Shown: positions 16,175 through 23,326 of the stretch, piece by piece
Numbering within the stretch: the stretch's first letter is position 1
Layout: every line of letters starts with the position of its first letter
Source: Marine Group I thaumarchaeote
Lineage (GTDB): Archaea; Thermoproteota; Nitrososphaeria; Nitrososphaerales; Nitrosopumilaceae
Assembly: GCA_044358425.1 (NCBI GenBank)
Contig: CP054849.1
Location: 624,147-647,472 of the forward strand
Direction: 5' to 3'
DNA length: 23,326 bases
The notes under the pieces: model-generated
The model's input: the letters and a program-made list of their open reading frames with translations, nothing else
What the model was told of the DNA's origin: nothing
Database searches by the model: none
Program-made: the position numbers and the translations under genes

Positions 16175-17200
16175 CTAAGTAGTAATTTTGTCAAGCTGAT
16201 TTGATTCTGTTGCAGTTTTTACTTCTCTTGCTATTCTTTTACCCATACTCATATTTTCATTAAACAATAATGAATAGTATGGAGAACCATCCATGTAGAT
16301 GTTGGTACCTGCAACTATTCTTGCTGAAAATTCAAATGATGTAAATTTAGCATTTTCATCATATACACCTTCAATACAAAATGGGCCATTCATTCCTGGT
16401 GAAACAACTCTTTTTGCAGCTTCAACAAAATTTTCACCCATTGTGTATACTTCATCCAGTAAAGATTCTCGCAAAACTAGGGGGCTATTGCCAATCACAT
16501 TAAATGATGGAACTTTAGTTGATTTCATTTGTTGTTCAGCTGGAATTCTTCCAAGACCCTCGATATCTGATTCATGTCTTTGATCAACTCCAAAAAATTC
16601 TAATTCATTTGTTAAGGGTGAATAAAAGAATTGTAAATATGCTAAAACTCCTGCAGCATACTCTTGAATGTATAATGTTTCATCTTTTGAAAGTATGCCT
16701 TCAGAAATTAACTGGTTTCTTTTTGTATTGTAATCATCTTCATTTGCTGCCATAAAGTAACCTTTTCCACCAGCAGCTCCTTGTCGTTTTACAATAACTA
16801 ACTTTTCAATATCTTTTGGTTCTGTAACTGGTTTTGGCATAGGAAGTGTTGCTTCTCTCATTAGTTTTTCTTTCATTTCTCTATCTGATTCCCATCTTAG
16901 AATCCATTTGTTTCCAAATACGGGGGTTTTGATAGATTCAATTTCTTCAGAACTCATTTGTGCAATTAAAGTTCCATGTGGAATCAAAACTGCATTATTT
17001 TCTTCAAGTGTTTTTTGACATTTTTGATCTAAAACTTCCTTAAATGAGTCTACTATAATTAATTCATCAATAAATGGAAATCTACGATATAATTTTTCAC
17101 GTTTTTTCTCACAAACTAACATTGTTTTGAGGCCTTCATCTTTTGCACCTTTTAAAACTTGTAAAGAGCAATGAGATCCCAACGTTGCTATGGCAGTCAT
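16175..17200 (-). CDS. purP: FAICAR synthetase (formate-AICAR ligase, ATP-grasp)
   Basis: IATLGSHCSLQVLKGAKDEG, IPHGT, GAAGGKGYF, QRHESDIEG and FEFSARIVAGTN. Confidence 0.93.
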   Translation of the reverse strand: MTAIATLGSHCSLQVLKGAKDEGLKTMLVCEKKREKLYRRFPFIDELIIVDSFKEVLDQKCQKTLEENNAVLIPHGTLIAQMSSEEIESIKTPVFGNKWILRWESDREMKEKLMREATLPMPKPVTEPKDIEKLVIVKRQGAAGGKGYFMAANEDDYNTKRNQLISEGILSKDETLYIQEYAAGVLAYLQFFYSPLTNELEFFGVDQRHESDIEGLGRIPAEQQMKSTKVPSFNVIGNSPLVLRESLLDEVYTMGENFVEAAKRVVSPGMNGPFCIEGVYDENAKFTSFEFSARIVAGTNIYMDGSPYYSLLFNENMSMGKRIAREVKTATESNQLDKITT

Positions 17201-17333
17201 TTTCTTAATTTAACTCAAATTTTGTACTTTATGAACTATTGGGGATATCCTATAAAATCACGCCTAGTTTACTGATAATTTGTCTCAAAAACCTTACCTT
17301 CAAAGATAAATTACTCTATGTATCAGAAAAAGT

Positions 17334-17624
17334 ATGGCTGATAAAATTACTGCAAAAGAATTGATGTCTCAAAAAAACGATTTTGTGATCTTGGATGTTA
17401 GAGAATCTGATGAATTATCAGGTGGAGTTATTGAAAACTCTATTCCTATGCCTTTGGGTTTGTGCATTAGAAATGTAAAGAAAAATCAAATTGAAGATTT
17501 GAAAGATAAGAAAATTTGTACATATTGTGGAACTGGATATAGAGGCAATATTGCAGCTGATGAATTGATTAAAGGTGGATTCAATGCAGTAACCCTAGAG
17601 GGGGGTTATTCAACATGGGTGTAA
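17334..17624 (+). CDS. Single-domain rhodanese (sulfurtransferase)-like protein
   Basis: ILDVRESDE, active-site loop CGTGYRG and LEGGYSTW. Confidence 0.9.
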   Translation: MADKITAKELMSQKNDFVILDVRESDELSGGVIENSIPMPLGLCIRNVKKNQIEDLKDKKICTYCGTGYRGNIAADELIKGGFNAVTLEGGYSTWV

Positions 17625-17752
17625 ATAATTCCATAGATGAAGAAAACAAAAAGATAGATGAAGAAAACAAAAAGATAGATGAATACAATCACAAAGTTGA
17701 CAAGTATAATGATGCAATTGATAGGGGGGAAGATCCCGATGATGATTTCTAA
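17615..17752 (+). CDS. Acidic heptad-repeat micro-protein (45 aa)
   Basis: Hand-translated: MGVNNSIDEENKKIDEENKKIDEYNHKVDKYNDAIDRGEDPDDDF. Overlaps the rhodanese end by 10 nt. Confidence 0.55.
   Translation: MGVNNSIDEENKKIDEENKKIDEYNHKVDKYNDAIDRGEDPDDDF
17633..17683 (+). repeat. 21-bp perfect tandem repeat, about 2.4 copies
   Basis: ATAGATGAAGAAAACAAAAAG at 17633-17653 and 17654-17674, plus a partial ATAGATGAA. Confidence 0.9.
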
Positions 17753-17764
17753 CAGGTTTTCATA

Positions 17765-17941
17765 ATGGATGATAATTCTGAAATTCCAACAAAGGAAGAA
17801 ATTATTAAAAATATGGCAAAACACTTGCAAACTAATTTTGAAGATGGGGAAGAAGTATTGTTAAGAACATATGATTTAGCTTTTATCAAAGGTAAGATGG
17901 AGGCCATTTCAGAAATGAAGAAAAAGGAAATAGAAAAATAA
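17765..17941 (+). CDS. Small hypothetical protein (58 aa)
   Basis: Hand-translated: MDDNSEIPTKEEIIKNMAKHLQTNFEDGEEVLLRTYDLAFIKGKMEAISEMKKKEIEK. Starts 12 nt after the preceding ORF. Confidence 0.7.
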   Translation: MDDNSEIPTKEEIIKNMAKHLQTNFEDGEEVLLRTYDLAFIKGKMEAISEMKKKEIEK

Positions 17942-18047
17942 AGATTTTTTTAAAATGGTTCTTTCATCAAGAAAATTTTATAATCAAATGAATTGTCTAT
18001 TGAACTGATTCATTTTAAAATAAATACGGACTATTTTTTATTATATT

Positions 18048-18158
18048 ATGGATAAAAGAGATATTTTGGTATTGTGCTCAATTTTAGTAGGAGCCGGAAT
18101 TCCTGTAGGATTAATGGTTTTAGTGGCAAATGGAATCATCAAATTACCTATAGGTTGA
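18048..18158 (+). CDS. Single-TM micro-protein (36 aa)
   Basis: Hand-translated: MDKRDILVLCSILVGAGIPVGLMVLVANGIIKLPIG. AT-rich TATA-like TTTTAAAA about 30 nt upstream. Confidence 0.6.
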   Translation: MDKRDILVLCSILVGAGIPVGLMVLVANGIIKLPIG

Positions 18159-18485
18159 CAATATTTCAATTAATGATTTGTTGAGTATGAATACCTCAAA
18201 AAATCAATATTAGTAAAGAACTGTGATTAAGATAATTTCGATGCCCTGAAGAGATATGACGTATCGACGTTCTTTATCTCACCAAGACATATCTAATATC
18301 AGATCGCACTAGTATATTTAGATCGCGGTTTAATGTTATTACCAATAAAATAATGAAAATCCATGACTCTTACAGTAAATATTGATTGATTTGTGCATAG
18401 AGTACAATGAATTAACATCAGACTACGTTAGAACTATTGATCGTTAATTAAAGAAGTCAAGGTAATTTTATCATAATTCATATTT

Positions 18486-18647
18486 TTAATTTGAAGGTGA
18501 ATTTTTGTACTCAAAATATTCTTGAATTTCCTCAGATAATTTATTGATGAGTTCCTCATTGTTAAAATCTACCTCCTTTAACTCATCCCATGTTTTTTCA
18601 ATTTCTTGTTTTAGGACAAATAATGTTCTTTTATCATCACAATGCAT
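18486..18647 (-). CDS. Small helical hypothetical protein (53 aa)
   Basis: Hand-translated: MHCDDKRTLFVLKQEIEKTWDELKEVDFNNEELINKLSEEIQEYFEYKNSPSN. Co-oriented downstream of 18681..19298. Confidence 0.7.
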   Translation of the reverse strand: MHCDDKRTLFVLKQEIEKTWDELKEVDFNNEELINKLSEEIQEYFEYKNSPSN

Positions 18648-18680
18648 GTAAGACCAAAATCTCTGTAAAATTTATCTCTT

Positions 18681-19298
18681 TTATTTTAAATAATGTAGAA
18701 ATATTGGATGTATGTTTTTATTCTTTGACAGATAATCATACATACTCAAATTCATTGTTTTAAACATCTCAGAAAATAGACTTGGATTTGCAATTCCAAT
18801 TGTAAACAATATGGGGATAATTTTACTACATTTGTCAATCTCTTCTTTTAGTTTTGTGGAATTATTTGATTTGTTATAATTAATCAGTATTTTCCATTTG
18901 TTTTTTATTTCTTTTATTTTATTTTCAAGAAATAACTCCCCTGTTTGTGTTAATTCAGATAAATCATGAGGTTTTAACCCCAATTTTGAGTAGATTTTTC
19001 TAATACTTTCTTTATCCTTTACACTTAATGTTTGATTTGTATTTTCAGTATATTGTTTATATTCAATTGAATTCAACCAATTTTGAATTTTTGTTTTTAA
19101 TTCTGCTGATGGCTCATGATTCATTTTTTGCATCATTTCTAAATCAAAAAATTTTTCACAACTTTTTACTAACTCTAAAGCACTAATTTTGATCATTGTT
19201 TTCAAATCTGTATTGTGCATAGCTGCAAGTACAACTAAATCAATTGAAGTTAAATTTGATATAGTTACTTCGTAATTAGATTTGTTAGAGATATTCAT
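18681..19298 (-). CDS. Hypothetical protein (205 aa)
   Basis: ATG ORF starting 2 nt after the stop of 19301..19531; no family recognised. Confidence 0.7.
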   Translation of the reverse strand: MNISNKSNYEVTISNLTSIDLVVLAAMHNTDLKTMIKISALELVKSCEKFFDLEMMQKMNHEPSAELKTKIQNWLNSIEYKQYTENTNQTLSVKDKESIRKIYSKLGLKPHDLSELTQTGELFLENKIKEIKNKWKILINYNKSNNSTKLKEEIDKCSKIIPILFTIGIANPSLFSEMFKTMNLSMYDYLSKNKNIHPIFLHYLK

Positions 19299-19300
19299 TA

Positions 19301-19531
19301 TTATTTTGATTCATTAATTCTTGATGAATTATGTGCAGATGTAACATAACGAAATACTTCATCAATTAATTCCACGCTTAATTCTGATTTGATATCTTCG
19401 GGAATTACTTTTAACACAAAATCATACATTGTGGTGTTTTTTGGTAATTCATCTCTTTCTTGTAATAATGAAAATACTGCAATACCATTAGAAATCACTG
19501 AGATCATTTTTTCTTTGTTTGTGAGAGTCAT
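19301..19531 (-). CDS. Hypothetical protein (76 aa)
   Basis: ATG ORF with ordinary protein composition, in an apparent operon. Confidence 0.75.
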   Translation of the reverse strand: MTLTNKEKMISVISNGIAVFSLLQERDELPKNTTMYDFVLKVIPEDIKSELSVELIDEVFRYVTSAHNSSRINESK

Positions 19532-19576
19532 AACAATTATCAGAAATTCTCGGTAATTAATTTAAAACTATTAGAA

Positions 19577-19774
19577 TTAGATAATTGATTGAAATCCTTC
19601 TTGTTTTTCAATTACTTGTAATAGTTCTGGGGTTGTTTCTTGAATGTGTAGATCTACTGGTATGCTGTGGCCTCCAGCATAATCATCTTCATAATTTTCT
19701 GAATAAACGTATCCTACATAGACTGCTGCGCCTATAAACATTGCAATAACAAGTCCAATCAAGATATTTGCCAT
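19577..19774 (-). CDS. Small membrane-anchored protein (65 aa)
   Basis: MANILIGLVIAMFIGAAVYVGYVY TM helix, then an acidic His-containing tail. ATG 19774 preferred over 19810. Confidence 0.65.
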   Translation of the reverse strand: MANILIGLVIAMFIGAAVYVGYVYSENYEDDYAGGHSIPVDLHIQETTPELLQVIEKQEGFQSII

Positions 19775-19885
19775 ATTGCTTTGATTTTCAATATAGGCAT
19801 GTAAAAACATTATGAAAATTGAACATTTTGAAGGATCTTTTTGAAAAAATTAATTACACCAGAAAATATGGAAATATTATAAATT

Positions 19886-21196
19886 ATGATTGAAACTGAA
19901 TTAGGAAACTTACGTAGATCTCATTATTCTGATCAAATTAACTCCTCAATGGATGGTTCTGAAGTAACTGTTATGGGATGGGTTTTGACTGTGAGAGGTC
20001 ATGGAAATATTAGTTTTGCAACAATTAAAGACAAAAATGGTAGTCTTTCAGTTATAGCAAAGAAAGGTGATTGTTCTGATGAGATTAGAGAAAAAATTTC
20101 TTCACTAAAAGCTCATTCTTCAATTGGAGTTACTGGTAAGGTGAAATCTTCTGAAAAAGCACCTGGAGGATATGAAATTATTCCAACAGAATTACGTGTT
20201 TATTCTGAAGTGACAAAAATCCCTCCATTTGAACCAACAGTAAAAACTGTAAAAAATATTGATACTCGTTTAGAAGTAAGACCTATTGATCTTAGAAGAA
20301 ATGTTTTACAACATGTTTTCAAAACTAGAAGTTTAGTTCTAAAAACAATTAGGGATTACTTTAATGATCAAAATTTTGTTGAAATCAATACTCCAAAAAT
20401 GATTGCAACTGCAACTGAAGGTGGTGCTGCACTGTTTCCAATATTTTACTACAACAAAGAAGCATTTTTAGCTCAAAGTCCCCAATTATACAAAGAACAA
20501 TTGACAATGAGTTTTGAAAAAGTGTTTGAAATTGCACCAATTTTTAGAGCTGAGCCATCTCGAACCAACAGACATTTAGCTGAAGCAATATCTATTGATT
20601 TGGAAGAGGCTTTTGTAGATTACAATGATGTAATGAATAGAATTGAAGAAATCATAAAAGTTTCAATTAACGCAGTAAATGAATATATTAAAAATAATCC
20701 TGATTCTGAATTTACTCCAACACCAGTTCCTGAAATTATTCCAAGATACACTTATGATGATTTAGTTGATAGAATGCAAAAAGCAGGTGCTAAAACAGAA
20801 TGGGGTGATGACCTATATCCATCAAATCTTAAAAAAATTGGATTAGATGGATTTTACTTTATTACCGATTGGCCTTTGGGTCCAAAGCCATTTTATGTTA
20901 AAGATAGTAAGTCTAATCCAAAAATTTCTGAATCCTTTGATTTGATGTTTGGTGATTTAGAATTATCTTCAGGCAGTACAAGAATTGAAAAACGTGATGA
21001 ATTGGCTCAAAGAATGAGTAACAAAGGCATGAAAACTGATTCCTTTGAATATCACCTAAATGCATTTGATTATGGAGTCCCACCACACGCTGGTTGTGGT
21101 ATTGGTCTTGAGAGATTAATTATGGCTCTAACAGGTACTGAAAATATTAGAGATACAACATTTTATCCAAGAGATGTTGACCGTCTTACTCCATAG
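19886..21196 (+). CDS. aspS: Archaeal-type aspartyl-tRNA synthetase, probably non-discriminating (tRNA-Asp/Asn)
   Basis: OB-fold N-terminus, ATEGGA, LAQSPQLYKE, FRAE, GIGLER and YPRD. His in RGHG and Pro in KAPGG match the non-discriminating signature. Confidence 0.96.
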   Translation: MIETELGNLRRSHYSDQINSSMDGSEVTVMGWVLTVRGHGNISFATIKDKNGSLSVIAKKGDCSDEIREKISSLKAHSSIGVTGKVKSSEKAPGGYEIIPTELRVYSEVTKIPPFEPTVKTVKNIDTRLEVRPIDLRRNVLQHVFKTRSLVLKTIRDYFNDQNFVEINTPKMIATATEGGAALFPIFYYNKEAFLAQSPQLYKEQLTMSFEKVFEIAPIFRAEPSRTNRHLAEAISIDLEEAFVDYNDVMNRIEEIIKVSINAVNEYIKNNPDSEFTPTPVPEIIPRYTYDDLVDRMQKAGAKTEWGDDLYPSNLKKIGLDGFYFITDWPLGPKPFYVKDSKSNPKISESFDLMFGDLELSSGSTRIEKRDELAQRMSNKGMKTDSFEYHLNAFDYGVPPHAGCGIGLERLIMALTGTENIRDTTFYPRDVDRLTP

Positions 21197-21234
21197 ATTA
21201 GTAATTTATTATCCTGATAGTGATTTAATTTGTA

Positions 21235-21873
21235 TTGAGTGTTTATGCTGAACTTTTACAAGAATACCGAGAAAAATTCGATATTGAGATTTTCCCATTA
21301 TTGGTATCTAATCAATTAATTCATAAAAATACGGGAAGAGTATACCATTCGTTTCAAAAAAGAATTGATAGAATCGAACTACAGAAAAAGTCCATTGAAG
21401 ATAAAATATCCCAATTAAAACAACATATGTCTGATGGAAATAAAGTTGAAGATTTTGATAAATCTATAATGTTTGATTTAATTACAATGTTTGCTCAAGC
21501 AACACTATCATATTTTGAGATATACAAATCATGTTTAAAATTCTCTTTAAATTTTGAAAAACTTGGAATAACAAAATCTAATCCTGGTTATAATGAGATG
21601 ATTGATCATTTAGGAGATTACAAAAATAATGGAGTATCTGTATTTCACAAAGCCGGTCTTAGAACATTTTTCAATGTAGATTTGAGAAATGTATTGACAA
21701 ATGATTGTTGGTGGATAAATAATAATTTTGAATTCACATATGAAGAACCTGATGGTACTGAAATCTCCCTTAGTATAGGTGAACTTCACGGGGAATTGGC
21801 TAGTATCAATTCTGTGGTTTTAGGATTCACTGAAAATCATCAAAAAAATTCTGATATGGAGTCCACAGAATAA
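21235..21873 (+). CDS. Hypothetical helical protein, possibly degenerate HEPN-like
   Basis: 212-aa ORF (TTG start) containing DLRNVLTN...WWI. Confidence 0.65.
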   Translation: MSVYAELLQEYREKFDIEIFPLLVSNQLIHKNTGRVYHSFQKRIDRIELQKKSIEDKISQLKQHMSDGNKVEDFDKSIMFDLITMFAQATLSYFEIYKSCLKFSLNFEKLGITKSNPGYNEMIDHLGDYKNNGVSVFHKAGLRTFFNVDLRNVLTNDCWWINNNFEFTYEEPDGTEISLSIGELHGELASINSVVLGFTENHQKNSDMESTE

Positions 21874-21917
21874 TATTTTAATTTTAATACAGTGAAATAA
21901 TTTCTGAATTTATTACC

Positions 21918-23186
21918 ATGAATGAAACATTATCAAAAATTATTAAAATCAGTGGGCCTGGTTTGCTATTTGCAAGCACTGCAATAGGCGTATCTCACTT
22001 AATTCAATCCACTAGAGCAGGAGCTGATTTTGGATTAATGATTATTGGGTTTGTAGTACTTGTTAGTGTACTGAAATATCCCTTTTTTGAGTATGGTTCT
22101 AGATATGCAAACTCTACTCAAACAAGTATTATTGATGGATACAAAAAATTAGGAACTCCAATTCTAGTTTTGTATCTCATAATTACAGTCTCTTCGATGT
22201 TTTTTGTAACAGGTGCAGTGGGATTTGTAGCTGCAGGATTTTTTGAAAATTTATTTAATTTACAATTTTTGGGTGAATGGTCAATCATACTGTTATTCAT
22301 TTCATGTGTATTGATTTTGGGAGTAGGTAAATTCCATCTATTAGATAATTTGATCAAAGTCATTGTAACTATTTTAGTAATCTCTACGGTACTTGCATTT
22401 TCTCTTACTGTAATTAACGGGCCAATTGAACCTGTTGAAAATTTTGTTCCAAAAGAACTGTGGACAACAACAGGAATCTTCTTTTTACTGGCATTGATGG
22501 GTTGGATGCCAACTGCAATTGACTTGTCAAGTTGGAATAGTCTATGGACATTAGAGAAAATAAAGCAATCAAACTATCGACCAAAACTAAAAGTAACTTT
22601 GTTGGAATTTAGAATCTCGTATATTCTAACTGGAATAATGGCAATAATGTTTGTCACCCTAGGTACTTTCATCTTTTATGGTTCGGGAGAAGAACTTCCT
22701 AACAATAATTCACAATTTGCCCATGCCATCATTACAATGTACAGTAGTGTAATAGGTAATTGGAGCTATATCGTAATTTCTGCATCTGCATTTACTGTAA
22801 TGTTTGGAACAATTCTTGCAGTGTTTGATGGGTATTCAAGGGCTTTAAACAGAACAGTTGAATTGCTATTTGGTAAAAATGAGAATAATCAGTCTCAAAG
22901 TTCAAGAAAAATGTATTCTATTTTTCTTGTTGTTTTAGCCTCAGGCTCACTAGTTACTGTACTACAGTTTGGAGATAATCTAAAGGAATTAGTTGATTTT
23001 GCAACTATTTTGTCATTTGTCATAGCTCCTGTAATTGCTATTTTCAATTATAGGTTAGTTACTGGGAAGTATTTGGAAAAATCAGATCAGCCTTCTGTAA
23101 TATTGAAAATTCTAAGTATTGGTGGAATTTTATTTTTGTCAGGATTTGCAGGATACTTTATTTTATTAAAATTTGTTTTAAACTAA
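21918..23186 (+). CDS. Nramp/MntH-related (APC-fold) membrane transporter
   Basis: About 11 TM helices; GPGLLFASTAIGVSHLIQSTRAGADFG, KYPFFEYGSRY and MGWMP. Confidence 0.8.
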   Translation: MNETLSKIIKISGPGLLFASTAIGVSHLIQSTRAGADFGLMIIGFVVLVSVLKYPFFEYGSRYANSTQTSIIDGYKKLGTPILVLYLIITVSSMFFVTGAVGFVAAGFFENLFNLQFLGEWSIILLFISCVLILGVGKFHLLDNLIKVIVTILVISTVLAFSLTVINGPIEPVENFVPKELWTTTGIFFLLALMGWMPTAIDLSSWNSLWTLEKIKQSNYRPKLKVTLLEFRISYILTGIMAIMFVTLGTFIFYGSGEELPNNNSQFAHAIITMYSSVIGNWSYIVISASAFTVMFGTILAVFDGYSRALNRTVELLFGKNENNQSQSSRKMYSIFLVVLASGSLVTVLQFGDNLKELVDFATILSFVIAPVIAIFNYRLVTGKYLEKSDQPSVILKILSIGGILFLSGFAGYFILLKFVLN

Positions 23187-23232
23187 ATTGTGTCAGTTTT
23201 GGTTAGTTTTGAGTTTTTTTCGTGCGTAAAAC

Positions 23233-23326
23233 TTAGCTAGATTTCTGAAAAATTTCTTCTATCTTTTTTCGTCCATCTTTTCCTATCATAAAGAAAGCTC
23301 CAGCTCCCAATAATACAGTTGGAATT
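23233..23326 (-). CDS. 3' end of a membrane protein gene entering from the right edge (partial)
   Basis: Reads ...IPTVLLGAGAFFMIGKDGRKKIEEIFQKSS*, convergent with the Nramp-like gene. Confidence 0.5.
   Translation of the reverse strand, partial: IPTVLLGAGAFFMIGKDGRKKIEEIFQKSS

Noticed and set aside
15049-16755. ORFs 15049..15324, 16299..16583 and 16519..16755
   Set aside because: Antisense shadows of phnC/phnE and purP.
17633-17683. CRISPR array
   Set aside because: Repeats are contiguous with no spacers, and there are no cas genes.
17606-17830. ORF-track 74-aa hydrophobic minus ORF
   Set aside because: Complement of the purine-rich + strand micro-ORFs, which fit the operon spacing better.
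18246-18270. Hammerhead ribozyme (CTGAAGA followed by a GATAT/GTATC stem) or C/D-box sRNA
   Set aside because: The stem is followed by GAC, not GAAA, and no stem I/III partner was found. There is no good terminal CTGA D box or RTGATGA C box.
18299-18418. 39-aa minus ORF MLIHCTLC...
   Set aside because: Single CxxC without a second ligand pair and unconvincing composition; kept only as an alternative to the ncRNA idea.
22118-22363. ORF-track 81-aa minus ORF
   Set aside because: Antisense shadow of the Nramp-like gene.

Overview
AT-rich (roughly 30% GC by eye), gene-dense chromosomal segment of an archaeon. It most likely comes from a marine ammonia-oxidising Nitrosopumilaceae member (Thaumarchaeota/Nitrososphaerota). 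The basis is archaeal release factor aRF1, PurP, archaeal-type AspRS and the IPxWIKxNAxWW module typical of thaumarchaeal secreted proteins. Core genes: DinG/XPD-family Fe-S helicase, ilvD, HIT hydrolase, prf1, DsbA-like oxidoreductase, purP, rhodanese, aspS and an Nramp-like transporter. A transport locus reads cbtB-cbtA, two paralogous winged-HTH regulators, then a PhnD/C/E-like ABC importer. A 24-bp box (21/24 identical) sits upstream of both the regulator pair and phnD, and the PhnD lacks the usual phosphonate-binding motifs. Hand translation found about a dozen micro-ORFs (25-58 aa) missing from the ORF track, several of them single zinc-finger/zinc-ribbon proteins, including a canonical C2H2 finger. 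Two genes (helicase, phnE) appear to need CTG starts. Two intergenic stretches (1441-1549, 18171-18450) fold into candidate structured RNAs. No tRNA, rRNA, CRISPR array, integrase or transposase was seen. All calls come from motif reading; no searches were run.
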